Shown here in pieces: positions 50,790 to 62,540 of a stretch of 64,000 nucleotides of DNA (its first letter is position 1; every line of letters starts with the position of its first letter). Below the pieces are notes generated by a model, which was not told the DNA's origin, did no database searches, and worked only from the letters and a program-made list of their open reading frames with translations. The position numbers and the translations under genes are program-made. The DNA is taken from positions 62,001 through 126,000 of the forward strand of contig JAVECO010000023.1 of the NCBI GenBank assembly GCA_051942205.1, in the 5' to 3' direction. The DNA is from Coniocarpon cinnabarinum (lineage: Eukaryota).

Positions 50790-51537
50790 GGCTTGCCTTG
50801 TATGGATGTTCGAACAATAATCCGGCACTGGAAAGCTCTCTTAGGACAGCGCGATGACAGCCTTAAATGTAATCCAGACGCCGCACCATATGCAAGAATA
50901 ATCAAACGCAACGGCATGCTAGCGGCGTATCAGAAGGACCTGACCCAGGCAGAGTGATGCCATCTGCGAATCACCAGCCCCGGCTGCTTGCGTCTGCCGC
51001 GTGCGTCGAGCCGGCGTATAAAGCGTGATGTTCAGGCTCAGCAGCGCGGACGGGTGAGGGACAATGGTTTGGCCCCTTTTCCCTTGCTTAGCTCACCTCA
51101 CGCACAGCATGAACCTTGATCGGCATGCAGGATGACCAGTGTGCCAGTGACGCCTTCGTCTCACGTGCTGACCATGACGGCGCTAGTCCGACCTGGGACA
51201 GCTCTCCCCAAGTGCATCCCCCCGCCTCCCCAATGCTTTCACCTGCCCTTCTCGTCGTCGCACTCCCACGAGAGAAGATACGCCTCCATACATGCCGGAC
51301 TGTACCTGCATGCCTCTTCCATGCAAGTAGTATGGTTGAAAGAGATACAGTCAATCACTACGAGGTTTCCGCGAGCGGTATCATCATCTGGAAACATGCT
51401 GCACAGCCTTAGTTCTCCCTATTCCTGTGCAAAATCTATGGTTAGACTGGTATGGTCACGCTTAGGTGTTTCGCTTGGTCATGACTTCTTGCACAGCTTG
51501 CCTCGGACTGCGCGAAATCGCAGCCGCGTGGCCGATT

Positions 51538-51558
51538 GATAAGCGCCACGTTGTTATC
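51538..51558. promoter_or_regulatory. Inverted GATA pair upstream of formamidase (candidate AreA sites)
   Basis: GATAAG at 51538-51543 and TTATC at 51554-51558, about 220-235 nt upstream of the ATG. fmdS is AreA-regulated in A. nidulans. Confidence 0.5.
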
Positions 51559-51773
51559 GCCAGGCTTGCCCGATCCACGTACCGCGCCATGCACACTGAG
51601 ACTTCCTGATGCCAATGGCTCGGCCCATCTAGGGCGAACGCCAGAAGCCCCTCATGCCCCTCCGCACAGGTCAATGCTGCCTTGTAGTTGCTCATCCTCA
51701 TGTCGGCTCTCATTGAAAGTGCATCTTCATAGTACAAATCAAAACTGCCTGGCCATCATATTGGAAAGTCGCC

Positions 51774-53241
51774 ATGGGTCTGAGTGAGATTCGTACCGCT
51801 GCCAGGGTTGATTTGAAGAAACCGGCAGATCAGCAGAAGGTGTTGCACGTGCGTTTCCGATGAACCATCATTCTGGGTCATGCCCCCTTGCTTACTGTTT
51901 TGCAGAATCGTTGGCACCCTGATGGTCAGCACTAGATGCGTGTCTATGGTAGCGTGGGCCAGCACTGAACTCTGCAATAGTTCCATTCGCCGGCAAGATT
52001 CAGAATGGCGAAGTCGTCAAGGTCCGATCAAGCCCGTGAGCTTCCCAAAGGTCCGTTGAAGCTCACGACGACATGTAGATTGAATGCGTTGACTGGACCG
52101 GTGGCCAGATCGGCAACAATGACAGCGCGGATGACATGAAGAATGTCGACCTTACCAAGATTCATTACCTGACTGGTACTGTTTCACCTGACAGCCTAAC
52201 ATGACTTCTCTGATCACAAAGGCTACAGGTCCCTTCGAGATCGAGACCGCCGAGCCTGGCGATGTCCTTGTCGTCGAAATTGAAGATGTCCAGCCCTTCC
52301 AGGACCAGCCGTGGGGTTTCACGGGCGTCTTCGACAAAAGAAATGGTGGGGGCTTCCTCGACGAAATTTACCCCAACGCAGCCAAAGCCATTTGGGATTT
52401 TGAGGGTATTTACTGCTCCTCTCGTCATCTGAAAGGAATCCGGTTCAGCGGCCTCATTCATCCCGGAATATTAGGCTGTGCGCCTTCGCAGCAGGTGCTG
52501 GACAATTGGAACAAACGTGAAGGCGAGCTCATAAGCGCATGTGCACATATGGACCGTGATGTTGCCAAGCCTCCCGAACCACAAAACGTCCACGCCGGTT
52601 CTGGAATTGGCGATGTCAAAGTCAAGGTCGGCCGTGAAGGTGCTCGCACGATCCCGGGACGTCCAGAACATGGTGGCAATTGCGACATTAAGAACCTCTC
52701 ACGCGGGTCCAAAGTTTTCTTACCCGTCCATGTCCCAGGTGCCAAGTTCTCAGTTGGTGACCTACATTTCTCGCAGGGCGATGGCGAGATTTCGTTCTGT
52801 GGAGCAATCGAAATGGCTGGGGTTATCACCATCAAGTTCAATGTCATGAAGCAAGGTATGGCAAAGATGGACATGAAGTCCCCAATCTACATTCCAGGGT
52901 CAGTAGAGCCGAATTACGGCCCAGGAAGGCTTCTATACTTTGAAGGTTTCTCCGTTGATGAGCATGGTAAGCAGCACTACATGGACGCGACGGTAGCCTA
53001 TCGGCAAGCAACATTACGTTGTATCGAGTACCTCAGACGCTTTGGCTACAATGATTATCAGGTGTACTTGCTGTTGTCCTGTGCGCCTATACAAGGACAT
53101 CTCGCCGGGCTGGTCGACATACCTAACGCATGCACGACATTAGGTCTCCCGATGGACATATTCGACTTTGACATTCGGCCCGAGGTCGCGGGGGATGTAA
53201 AGAAGAGAGATTTGGGCATTTGTGCGTTTGCGAGTAAGTGA
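51774..53241 (+). CDS. fmdS: Formamidase (FmdA/AmdA family), multi-exon
   Basis: LHNRWHPD, IECVDWTGGQIGNNDSADD, GARTIPGRPEHGGNCDIKNLSRGS, SVGDLHFSQGDGEISFCGAIEM, VDIPNACTTLGLP. Confidence 0.95.
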
Positions 53242-53605
53242 ATGGGGAGCACCAGGATCATACTATACATATGGAGTGGAGTCAGCTTAGGAACAGCGTT
53301 CACGCTTCTATTAAATGTACTTACTCGCACAGCAATCATACAATGTAGCCACTTGATGAGGTGCCCACGTCGAGTGTCTCTCGATGCACCTCCTGCACAT
53401 CGACGGAGCTCATTAGATGCCGAGGAAGATGCAGTAGTATTCTCTTACGCTGCAGGACAGTGATGTCTATGTTAGCTCCTGCCTCTGTCGTCTCACCCCA
53501 ACGCCCCGTATACCGCGACACCCAGACCCTGCCCAATCCAACTTCCGTTTCAAGCTCCCACAACATCGTTGTTTCATTCAGGTCCCCCCTCGCCATCCTA
53601 CAAGA

Positions 53606-54335
53606 ATGACGACACGTTCTAATCTGTCCAATCATCTTTCTAACGACGAGGTGCGTCCTACTTTCCTATCTTCACCGCGTTCGAGCAGATCACTAGCATG
53701 AGTGGACCTTTTATTCCATTTCCCAGTTGACTAAGGAATACAGTTCTATGTCCAGCTCACCAGCTTGTTCAATGATCGCAAGGGCAAATCGCACGGCTCT
53801 GTTTATCTCACACAAAAGCGTCTCTCTTATCAACCTAGTTCCTCTCCACACAGCGTAGCGGGCCACAATAGATCCGATCACCTCCTCGACCCCTTTTCCA
53901 CACCTGTGCTCGAGAAGGCACCATTGCTGGTTCGGGTCACGAATGGCAAAGGAGTTCAAAAGGAGAAGGGAAAGGTTGTGAAACAGAGAGAAGGAAAGGT
54001 TAAAATAAGTACAGTCGTGGAGGCGGCAGATGTGGAGCGTTTCTTCGAGGTGAGTCTGCCATGCAAGGGTATTTTAACCGAGTGCGGCTTGGATGGGAGA
54101 TGAGGAGAACCAAAAAGGGTCGAATCGAGTCCGGTTCAAAGCACTGTGTGGCATGTATACAAGTTTCCAGGGTCTCACCAACAGCCGAAAATGCGCAATG
54201 GTGGAACTCACTGGCTGACAATATTTCCAGAGATATGTAACCATATGTCGTGAGGGTATGACGGGTCTGCGAAAGAAGGACCGTACGAAGCAGAGGAAGA
54301 AAGGGAAGAAGACGAAAGAAGAGCAGAACACCTGA
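53606..54335 (+). CDS. SRP14: Signal recognition particle 14 kDa subunit (3 exons)
   Basis: HLSNDE|FYVQLTSLF..RK..HGSVYLTQKRL, PLLVRVTNGK, KVKISTVV...FFE|RYVTICREGMTGLRKKDR plus basic tail. Confidence 0.9.
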
Positions 54336-54611
54336 GCTCGATGATGGTTAGAGGAGAGAATGAATGCCATAGAGCTTGGACCCCGACGCAGAGGCCGGCT
54401 GAGATACATCCAATCCTCGCAAGGAGCTGACGAGAAGTTGAAGTAGCGAACGAATGGGGGCGTCTCTGGAGCTCGCGATCTACCTCAAAGAGTGTAGCGG
54501 TCAAGCTCTTTGGGCTAAAGTGGTCGAAAATGGCCTGGCGAGGTTCGAATCTCAGCTATCCACGAATGCAGCGAGCAGAACTCGGGGATCCTAAGGATGC
54601 CGGTGACCACA

Positions 54612-55912
54612 TTAGGACCATCGCCAGAGACATACTTTGCGATCATAAAAGCTACACGTCGCCATCATCCAACTCTGCCTCTCAACGTCTGTCCTGGAGT
54701 CTGACTGTGATGGCCACGTCTCGCAGCCATAACACATGCTTTCATGCTCCACGAACTGTGCTAACACCTTCACTTCCCAATCGCTCTCAGCGTCGTCTCC
54801 AGTCAGTTCAACGAATCGAGCACCAGCATACATGCAGCAGACCAGCAGGGTAATTCTGTAACGCCCTTGGCCCAAGGATGATTGATGGTATATCTGCATT
54901 GTCTTGGATCGCCAAACGCCTCCCCCCAGATTCAGCTCCGCCAGAATCCGAGGTCTTCCAGTTGTGACAGAAAGAATGCGGATCGAGTCATCGTAACTCC
55001 CAGTTATGACAATGTCCTGCTTCACTTGATCGAGAAAAATGGGCAAAATGCTCGTCACACCGGCGTCATGAATTTTACGATTCGTCCAAACACTCACACA
55101 ATCAATGCCTACTTCGGTGCGATCTGACATGATAGTCGAATTGGATGCCAGAACCGCGTCGTCTCCGCCTGAATATACGCAAGGAATGGGCGACAAAGGA
55201 CTCGAAAAAGCAAGACTCCATGCTTCGAGATCATGCGTGAAAAAAGTATGTGTGCATTCTCTGACATCGAGATAGCTAGGCGTGCTTTCTGGAGATACAT
55301 CTGTTGCTGTCGTCGGTATGGACAGCAGTGCTACGCGGCCAGCGGCGGTCGTAAACCCAAGCACGTCGCTTCGCATGGGATGAGCCCGCAGCTGGGTAAT
55401 GACTTCGGTTTCATCGCCTACGCGAAGAGAGTCTACATGCTGAAGGGAGGTGACGAGCTTGAATCTTGCTACGATGCCTACAGATGTTGCAGCAGCGAAG
55501 CGATAGGTATCAACTTTGGTTGAGTCGGTCAAGTGACCGGACGAAGCATCTAGGGCTATGAGATCGAGAATGCCAAATGGTGTGGCGAGGTTTTCAATAC
55601 TAACACCGTAAGTCGCTTGAAGGATGGCTAGGTCCTTAGAGCTCACCTTTCAATCACGTACGGAGATTCACGACCAAAGCGAAGGATCTCAATGCCGCCA
55701 CTTCTTCGCTGTGAAGACTCTGGTTTACTCTCGAAAGCCTGGTCCTTGTCAACTGGGGTAGGGTACTCCTTATCAAGTTCGTATAGGCCGACAGCGAGTA
55801 TGGGCGGCTCTTTCGATAGCAGCGTGAGACAGCAAGGCGGCTTGGAGGTGTGGTAGGTGTTGAGGGATTGGATGACAGGCGCTTCTGGCCTCGAACCTCT
55901 GGACTCATCCAT
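54612..55912 (-). CDS. DPH7: Diphthine methyl ester esterase, WD40 protein (Dph7/Rrt2); intron ~55601-55646
   Basis: PPCCL...VGLYEL...QRRSGGI; HDLEAWSLAF, YSGGDD, HDAGVTSILP, TGSYDDSIR, LGGGVWR, CMYAG, EHESMCYG, CSFYDR. Confidence 0.87.
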
Positions 55913-56424
55913 GAGCCAAGTCTTCACCAGAGTCCGATAAGGACAATGATCCTCGAAACTGAGACAAGGACTATTAAGAGTGATTCGTAGAGTAGTGCCC
56001 TTGAAAAAGCTTTTCTGCCAAGGGTGGAACTCTACGAATCGATTTTATGTCTTCTCAAAGCTGCTGCGTGATATCAAAGGCAAATCGAGTTACTGTGGCA
56101 TTATCGATCTTAGAATTGATGTACCATAGACTACCGGCTAATTCTACCTGCGGCAGATGCTCTGGTTCTTGCGCCCGTGTCTTCTAAATAGGAGGCAGTC
56201 AGGGGTGGAGGCGAATCATGCAAAGGGTAAATTACCCGAACCAAAGTTTTACACGCACGGACCATGATTACCTTCAAAGAGCGCCGCGACTATCACCGCA
56301 ACGTCGCCGACAGCTTCCACGCAACGATCTTATAGCAACCCTCGCTTTGACACTCTCGCCTCGGTACCCAACAGCAGTCGATGTGAGAATTCCAAAGGCC
56401 ACAGCATTATAATTCCAGCCAACC

Positions 56425-57384
56425 ATGCCGTCCGCAACATCCAATAACCCGACCGATCTCCGCCAAATCATCACCCAACTCCAGCACAGTCTTTCCAATC
56501 CGTCCCCGTCATCCGCTCAATCCCTGCTCACGCAATCGAAACTTGCGCTGCTCCAGTCCAACGCACTCGTCCCGTCACCCAACGTGTCACCCCAGACACT
56601 TGCTCAAGCACTCCAAATCCTTGAATTGGGCGCGCTCATCTCAATACGACTGCGGGATTCGGACGGATTCACGCGGTACTATCAGCAATTGCAGGGATTC
56701 TACGATGTCCCAGACGGTGTCAAAGAAGAAGTGAGCAAGCATTACAAAGGCGAGAGAGGGAAGGTGGTGGGGTGTTATCTGTTACTGCTTTTGACGAGGG
56801 AAGAGTATGGCGCGTTCCATACGGTGTTGGAAGGGCTGGAAGCGAGTTCCGAGGGCGGTAAAGCAAGTGGACGGGGGAAGAGAGTCGAGGACGAGGAGCT
56901 CATTGCGTATCCGGTGCGCTTGGAGAGCGCGTTGATGGAGGGGGCGTATGATCGTGTGTGGAGGGAGACGCGGAGGGAGATGGTGCCATGTGAAGAGTTT
57001 GGTATTTTCAGTGATGTGAGTCTGTTCCGTTCTCTTCCCTCCAGCCATTGAAACCTCGGGAACCAGCATGTTCCTGCGTTCTACTTCGAGGTCAAACATG
57101 ACTAACTAGGGTGCTAGACACTCATCCACACCATCCGCTCGCAAGTCGCTTCTTGTAGCGAAAAGGCCTACTCATCCATCCCTGTCGCTAATGCTAAAAA
57201 CCTGCTGTTTCTTGATAGCGAGGGTGCAGTCGTTGAGTTCGGTCAAGAGCGAGGTTGGACGGTGCAAGATGGACGGGTGTATTTCCCCGTGGAGGAAGAC
57301 GATGAGAGGAGGGGTGATGGTATGAGCGGGACAATCATTGAGAATGCATTGGGGTATGCACGGGAGTTGGAGACCATTGTTTGA
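56425..57384 (+). CDS. RPN12: 26S proteasome lid subunit Rpn12 (2 exons)
   Basis: ILELGALISIR..FTRYYQQL, FHTVLEGL, YPVRLESALMEGAYDRVW, TIRSQVASCSEKAY, IIENALGYARELETIV*. Confidence 0.93.
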
Positions 57385-57568
57385 GCAGGGGAAGCCATGT
57401 GATGTATTAGTAGCGCAGTTCAGAATGCATAGCGTGGCGTTATGGACCACTCACTGATGGACAGCTCCTGGCACGTGCGAATAGTAATGAATATTGCAGT
57501 GAACACTCTTGAATTACCTGGAGAAACCAAGGAGAGGACAACATCCATTGACGATGATGCGCTTTTCT

Positions 57569-58600
57569 TCAGAAATGCCGGTTCACAGTACGACGTTCTC
57601 TGATCCACTCCGCCCATTCCTCTTTCTTGAGCTCGTCGCGAACGCGCATCATCACCTGCCCGTAACAATTGCTCTCCTCCCTCTCCCTTCTCGACAGCAG
57701 CAAGCCCTTCCGATTACACCGCACACCCCAATGCAACCAATGCTTGTTGTTCGTGAGGAAAACAAGCTCGCTCTCCCCCGTTCCCAGCAGAGCTTCTTTG
57801 ATCGCCAGTGAGGCGGGCTCGTAGCTCAGCACCCGGCCCGCGACAATGGCCCACAGCGCATCTATTCCCTCCTCATCTTGCGCCTTGGATCGCTCTGCAC
57901 GTTTTCATGACTCTGGGCACCCGGCATATCGTACGCACTCTGCTAGTGCGTCACGCATCGTCCTCGTGGACGCACTAGCTAGTTCGCTGGCAACGGGAGC
58001 ATACCCGGCCCACGAACAGCGGACGTACCAGTACGTCAGCTCTGTGCTGCGAGCGACATCAACGTCGCTGTAATGACGTACTTTGGCGAAGCCTTTCCTT
58101 GACGTCTTTTCCTGTGGCGCTGGAGCTACCATCTCGCGGATTGCACCGGCATTGTGTGCGAAGTTGTCAACGTACTGCGGGCTGAGGCGACCGTACTCCG
58201 GATGATCGTCAAGAACGTCGGGGATCCAAATTGTGCGCGGTCTTCGTACGGGAGAGGGTGTGCTGGGTGGCGGGGTGGGGAGGCTGGCTGCTTCTGCACT
58301 CGAGCCGGTAGAAACTGTAGCAGCATCGCTGCTCTGAATGCTGCTATTTGAGGAGGCCCATGGAGATTGTGAGCTAGGCGAAGATAGGGTCGAAGCAGGA
58401 CCGCTCGCTGAGTTGGTTGCGGTAGCGAATGTCGATGGCCCAGCCTCGCTAGGCAGAGGCGCGGATGCGGCATGCTTGGAGGCTGCTTTTTGCGCCTTGT
58501 GCTCTTTGTGAGCGCAATATTGGGCGGTGCCCGGAATCTTGGCTGCAGCAGCGTTCTGCGCCTGTTGCTTGCGCTTTTGCTCGGCAGTCTTGCGGGCCAT
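57569..58600 (-). pseudogene. Divergent NADAR (YbiA-like) domain gene with one in-frame TGA
   Basis: EYGRLSPQYVDNF, RSTELTYW, then TGA at 57907-57905; the same frame continues to KEALLGTGESELVFLT..WG..SNCYGQVMMRVRDEL. Confidence 0.65.
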
Positions 58601-59191
58601 TGCTTCTGTATCAAGTGGATTTGGGTTTTGGGTTTGAATAAAGTGCAAGAAGTGCGAGATCTTCGGATAGTGCGAGCGGTGAGTGTGATACAGAGACAAT
58701 TGAGAGCAATTTGTTCGTCGGCGGATAGTGAGCAATTTGAATGCGTAGCCTGTGTGCTCAGACAGTAGGAAGCGGCGACTAAGCGTTGAGCAACGAAGCT
58801 TCCCAACAACCACCGGCCCTTCTTAAGACTCATTCTCAACAAACAAAGTGCTCATCTCAACACAATCGGACAAGAATTACCAATCGTTGGTGCATCCATG
58901 GATCAGCATCCTAGTCCTTTGACTGATAATGAAAGCTAGAGGTATCTTGCTCAGACAGATCAGAGCACCACCAGAGCGCCATCAGGGCAACTCGGCAAAC
59001 GCTATTTGCGTTTCTCTGCCAGCCACATCATCTTTCTACATATATTGGATACTCCTACCATTGCTGCACTCCGGCATAAATTCAGTCCAGTACATTCACC
59101 TTCTCGGATCGACTCCCAAAATTTACCTTCAATCACACTTTGAACATACTCAACGAAAAGGTAGACTGTTCGTGCTGCACACCAAGCAACT

Positions 59192-59929
59192 ATGCAGCAA
59201 AGTGGTAGCCAAGCTACTCCGGGTCCGGCCACACCACCGACACCACCGACACCACCGCCGAACAACGGTGGAGGTCCGAATACCATTCCCGGAGTGTACA
59301 TCATCGAGGCTGGCAAAGACTTACTCGGCCCTACAGCGGTCGACGACTTTCCGCACTGTGCGAATATGTTCGCAGCCGGGCTCGGCGTCAGACGCTCGAT
59401 GCGTACGCGCGGAGAGCACGACAGGAAGGACAAGGCAGACGTCAACACCCTCAACATCTGCTCCATTGAGGGTGCCTACTTCTTTGGCCGCTCTTGTTGG
59501 GAGGGGTACTTTTCTGTGGCCGTCGATCTCTCTGCCAGCAGTGAGCAGAAGCTTTTACGGCGTCGATATTGGAGCGCGGAGCACTACTACTGTCTTGCGG
59601 ATGACGAATGGGCAGTTGTGGAGATGGAGAAGGCTGGGGTGTGGGAACTGGTGCGAAATCGTTTCTTGAGCACCGATCGACGGAGTTTGGAGGTGAAACT
59701 CAAGCTCCAGAGGACAAGAAACAGAAGATTGGTGTTGGTGGGATCAAGGAAATGCTGGAAAGGCTGGGGGCTGGGATCGAGGGAAGACGTGGGGGATGCA
59801 GACATGCGAGGACTGAATGTGTACGGAAAGGCTTTAGAGCGCGCACGGCAAATACTACACCACCCGGAGTGGCAGCGGTGGATGGCCGAAACGAAGCGCA
59901 TGATGGAGGAGGGCAAGATACTGTGGTAG
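59192..59929 (+). CDS. Divergent NADAR-like domain protein, paralogue of the adjacent head-to-head gene
   Basis: LLGPTAVDDF, SIEGAYFFGRSCWEGY, KLQRTRNRRLVLV...WGLG...RGLNVYGKALERARQIL..EW..W; Pro-rich N-terminus. Confidence 0.65.
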   Translation: MQQSGSQATPGPATPPTPPTPPPNNGGGPNTIPGVYIIEAGKDLLGPTAVDDFPHCANMFAAGLGVRRSMRTRGEHDRKDKADVNTLNICSIEGAYFFGRSCWEGYFSVAVDLSASSEQKLLRRRYWSAEHYYCLADDEWAVVEMEKAGVWELVRNRFLSTDRRSLEVKLKLQRTRNRRLVLVGSRKCWKGWGLGSREDVGDADMRGLNVYGKALERARQILHHPEWQRWMAETKRMMEEGKILW

Positions 59930-60570
59930 ATACAGTAACAGAAATCGATGGGACGGTGATGGCCCTCTGCCATGTGCACACGTGAGGCTCCTGCATAGCA
60001 GAATGCAGAGTGTCGGTGCTCCCATCTCTTCCGCTGACCTTGCTGATATCTTGATCAGCTGTGTATCCTCGTTCAAATGAAGCTCGAGGTGGGCTGTGTC
60101 GGAGGAATGCCACGCTGCTCCTGCATGCTCCACGACAAGTGCTCATAGAGGCAGCGAGCCCCCACGATAGGAAGATGTCCAGTCATAAAGCCCGGGGTCT
60201 GATGGTGAAAGGCTCTTTCACCTAGCAAAGCGCCGCAAGGGCCCGGAACATGAGTCGTTGCCGGATCTCAGTCTAGACGACGAGCCTGTACAATAAGCAC
60301 AATTCACGTCACAAACCTACGAGTACAACGGCGATGGGCTGTTGTCCGCGAAAAGACACTGAATTCGAGTGCGGCAACGACTGCCCTACGGGGCCCTTGC
60401 CGGAATAGCGTCACGTGAGCGTGCTTCCATAGGGTCCTGACCATGGCGACGTCACGTGCGCTTGCACAAATACGCCACGTGCACGCAAACAATTGCTTTG
60501 TATGCTTACTTCGCTGCACTCCAGAACAGAAGATGCACTGAACAGCTCACCCACATGCCGGGCGAAAGCC

Positions 60571-61200
60571 ATGGCAATCGACTACTCAGTGTCTGGTGAA
60601 GATTACTTCTCGGACGACTCGTCCTTTTACGGTACTGTACTGTGCCCTTCAATTTAGCCACGTGGCACACCTCCGTTGACGTGCCATATCAGGCTCCGCC
60701 CCTTCGTCGCCGCATAGTGATCCTGCAGATTACCTCACGTACCGCGATCGTCTTCCCACTGTCCTTGCCAACTTGCGAGCCACAGACGCTGGGCCCCAGA
60801 ATAACCTGTTCGAGCCTCAGCAAGGAAAGCAGTTCTCTGAGTCTGTGACAGAATTCGTGGAGCGGCTCAAGCCATCGAAGACCATTACCGATGACATTGC
60901 TTAATGGATCTGCGTCGCAGGCCCACGCGTCATGGACACTTCGGCTTTTAGCCATGGCGATGAAGCTGCCTTCGTGCGAGAAGGTCGAGAAGCCCTGATG
61001 CAGTTCCTGGAACTGAAGAGCAATCTCGGCGTGGAGCTAGCAAAGAAGGGAAAGAGCGGCGATCTACGAAAGCAACTGGCTCACCCACGCGAAGATCTAG
61101 CTTCGCGCCTGAAGAAGCTTGCTGGTCGATATCAAGTCCAAAGTGGGAAGTGGATATATTTTGCACGCCGGACAACGTGGACGAAGTCTGGAGATGAGCA
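60571..61200 (+). pseudogene. DUF1917/BLES03 (C11orf68-like) gene relic
   Basis: MAID...FSDDSSFYG|...ESVTEFVERLKPSKT...IA*WICVAGP (TAA at 60902), LKKLAGRYQVQSGKWIYF, then a frameshift to DNVDEVWR*. Confidence 0.65.
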
Positions 61201-61775
61201 TACAACTTACCTTCAAGCAAGGCAAGACCAAAGCTTGTGAAGGAGAGCCGGTGAAGTTAACCCATTACGATCAACGCTTCCAAAGCACCAGAAAGTGCAG
61301 CAACACCGCACAATGATTTTGCAGACAAAAATATCTTGCGCAGCCTCCGCGCTATTCTTTGACTCGGTCATGGGGGGCTGATGGGCCTAAGTCACACTCG
61401 CGCACTTCCGTAGGTGTCTGCATCCTAAGGATTCTCTGATAGACTGGCCTACGCCGTCCTGAAGCTTCGAAACCCTCCGCGGATGCGAAGGATGCCCCAA
61501 AGGGATTCTTTTGAAGGATTTGTCGCACCAGATCCTGCGTGATTTTGCAAGCTGGCGATAAAGGATCACGGATTGCGGAATCACATTCAATGCTCTCTGT
61601 TTCATAGAAATGGCTCTTCCCTGGCTTTGTAATGAGCACCTCTTAATGCCCCAATACTGCGCCCGAAATTACTGGACACTATATTGCAAGTTCAATTCAT
61701 GCACGGGCCCTCGCACTCAATTACACTCAGTATTGGTTTGCTTGAAGTTCCGACTGCGAAAATAGAACACTGATT

Positions 61776-62540
61776 ATGAAATTGTTCGGATATGATGTGC
61801 GGATGCCGTTGACGGGAAAGGTACGAGTGGCACGCGCGGCAATACCCCAGCATGATTGCTGAACTTGATAGCACAAACCTCAGGCAACTGCCGCCGCCGC
61901 CCCCCGCCGCGAACCCAAGATCGATCTGATACGCGTTTCTATATACAAGAAGAGAGGCGAAGATACACGAGGGACGCGGCATGCAGTGATCGAGGTCAGA
62001 GAAACTGGTCTTGGACATTGGCGCCAGTACGTTGTTCTTTTGAGCATGCTCCAAAGAAGACTGTTTCCTATTCAACTTCATCTCAACTAAATTACTCTTC
62101 CCAGCACTAACTTGCCTCCCGATGGTGGCGGCACATTTACTTGGCACGATGGTTCTACCGAAGACGTTGGGCCATATCGACTCACGCAGCAAGTCGAGAT
62201 CGAAAGGTTTCATGATCTCGCTCACCCCCCCTTCTCCGCCTTCAAGGAGCTGCCGCGGCCGAGTGGCCAACACGGCGGTGGCACTGGTGAGAACAGTCAA
62301 GAGCTGTGCAAAGAGTTCATCCAACAGCTGGTTTCAAAAAAGCATCTCCATGCCAACAAGGCTCGGGACGTGATGAATAATATCAGGGGAGCAATCGCCT
62401 CGGCAAGTGATGGACCGTTGAAGGACAGAAAGTTCGGATTGAACGTGGCGATTGAGCTAGTCAACGTGAATGCGGAGGACGTACAGAAAATGGACGCGGC
62501 GAATTTCATGAAGGACTTTCAGATAAACAATGCGGCCTAA
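61776..62540 (+). CDS. Spliced hypothetical protein (~210 aa; exons 61776-61820, 61872-62026, 62105-62540)
   Basis: Two GTACG donors with TAG/CAG acceptors join three exons into one open frame: MKLFGYD...RVSIYKKR...RHAVIEV...ENSQELCKEFIQQLVSKKHL. Confidence 0.55.

Noticed and set aside
54050..54230. Long (181-nt) SRP14 intron with ATGAGGA and CTGA as a possible snoRNA
   Set aside because: The only CTGA is the branch site, and no rRNA-complementary guide was recognised.
59228..59260. CCACACCACCGACACCACCGACACCACCGCCG repeat
   Set aside because: Simple coding repeat (TPP)x3 in a Pro-rich N-terminus, not a CRISPR or regulatory array.
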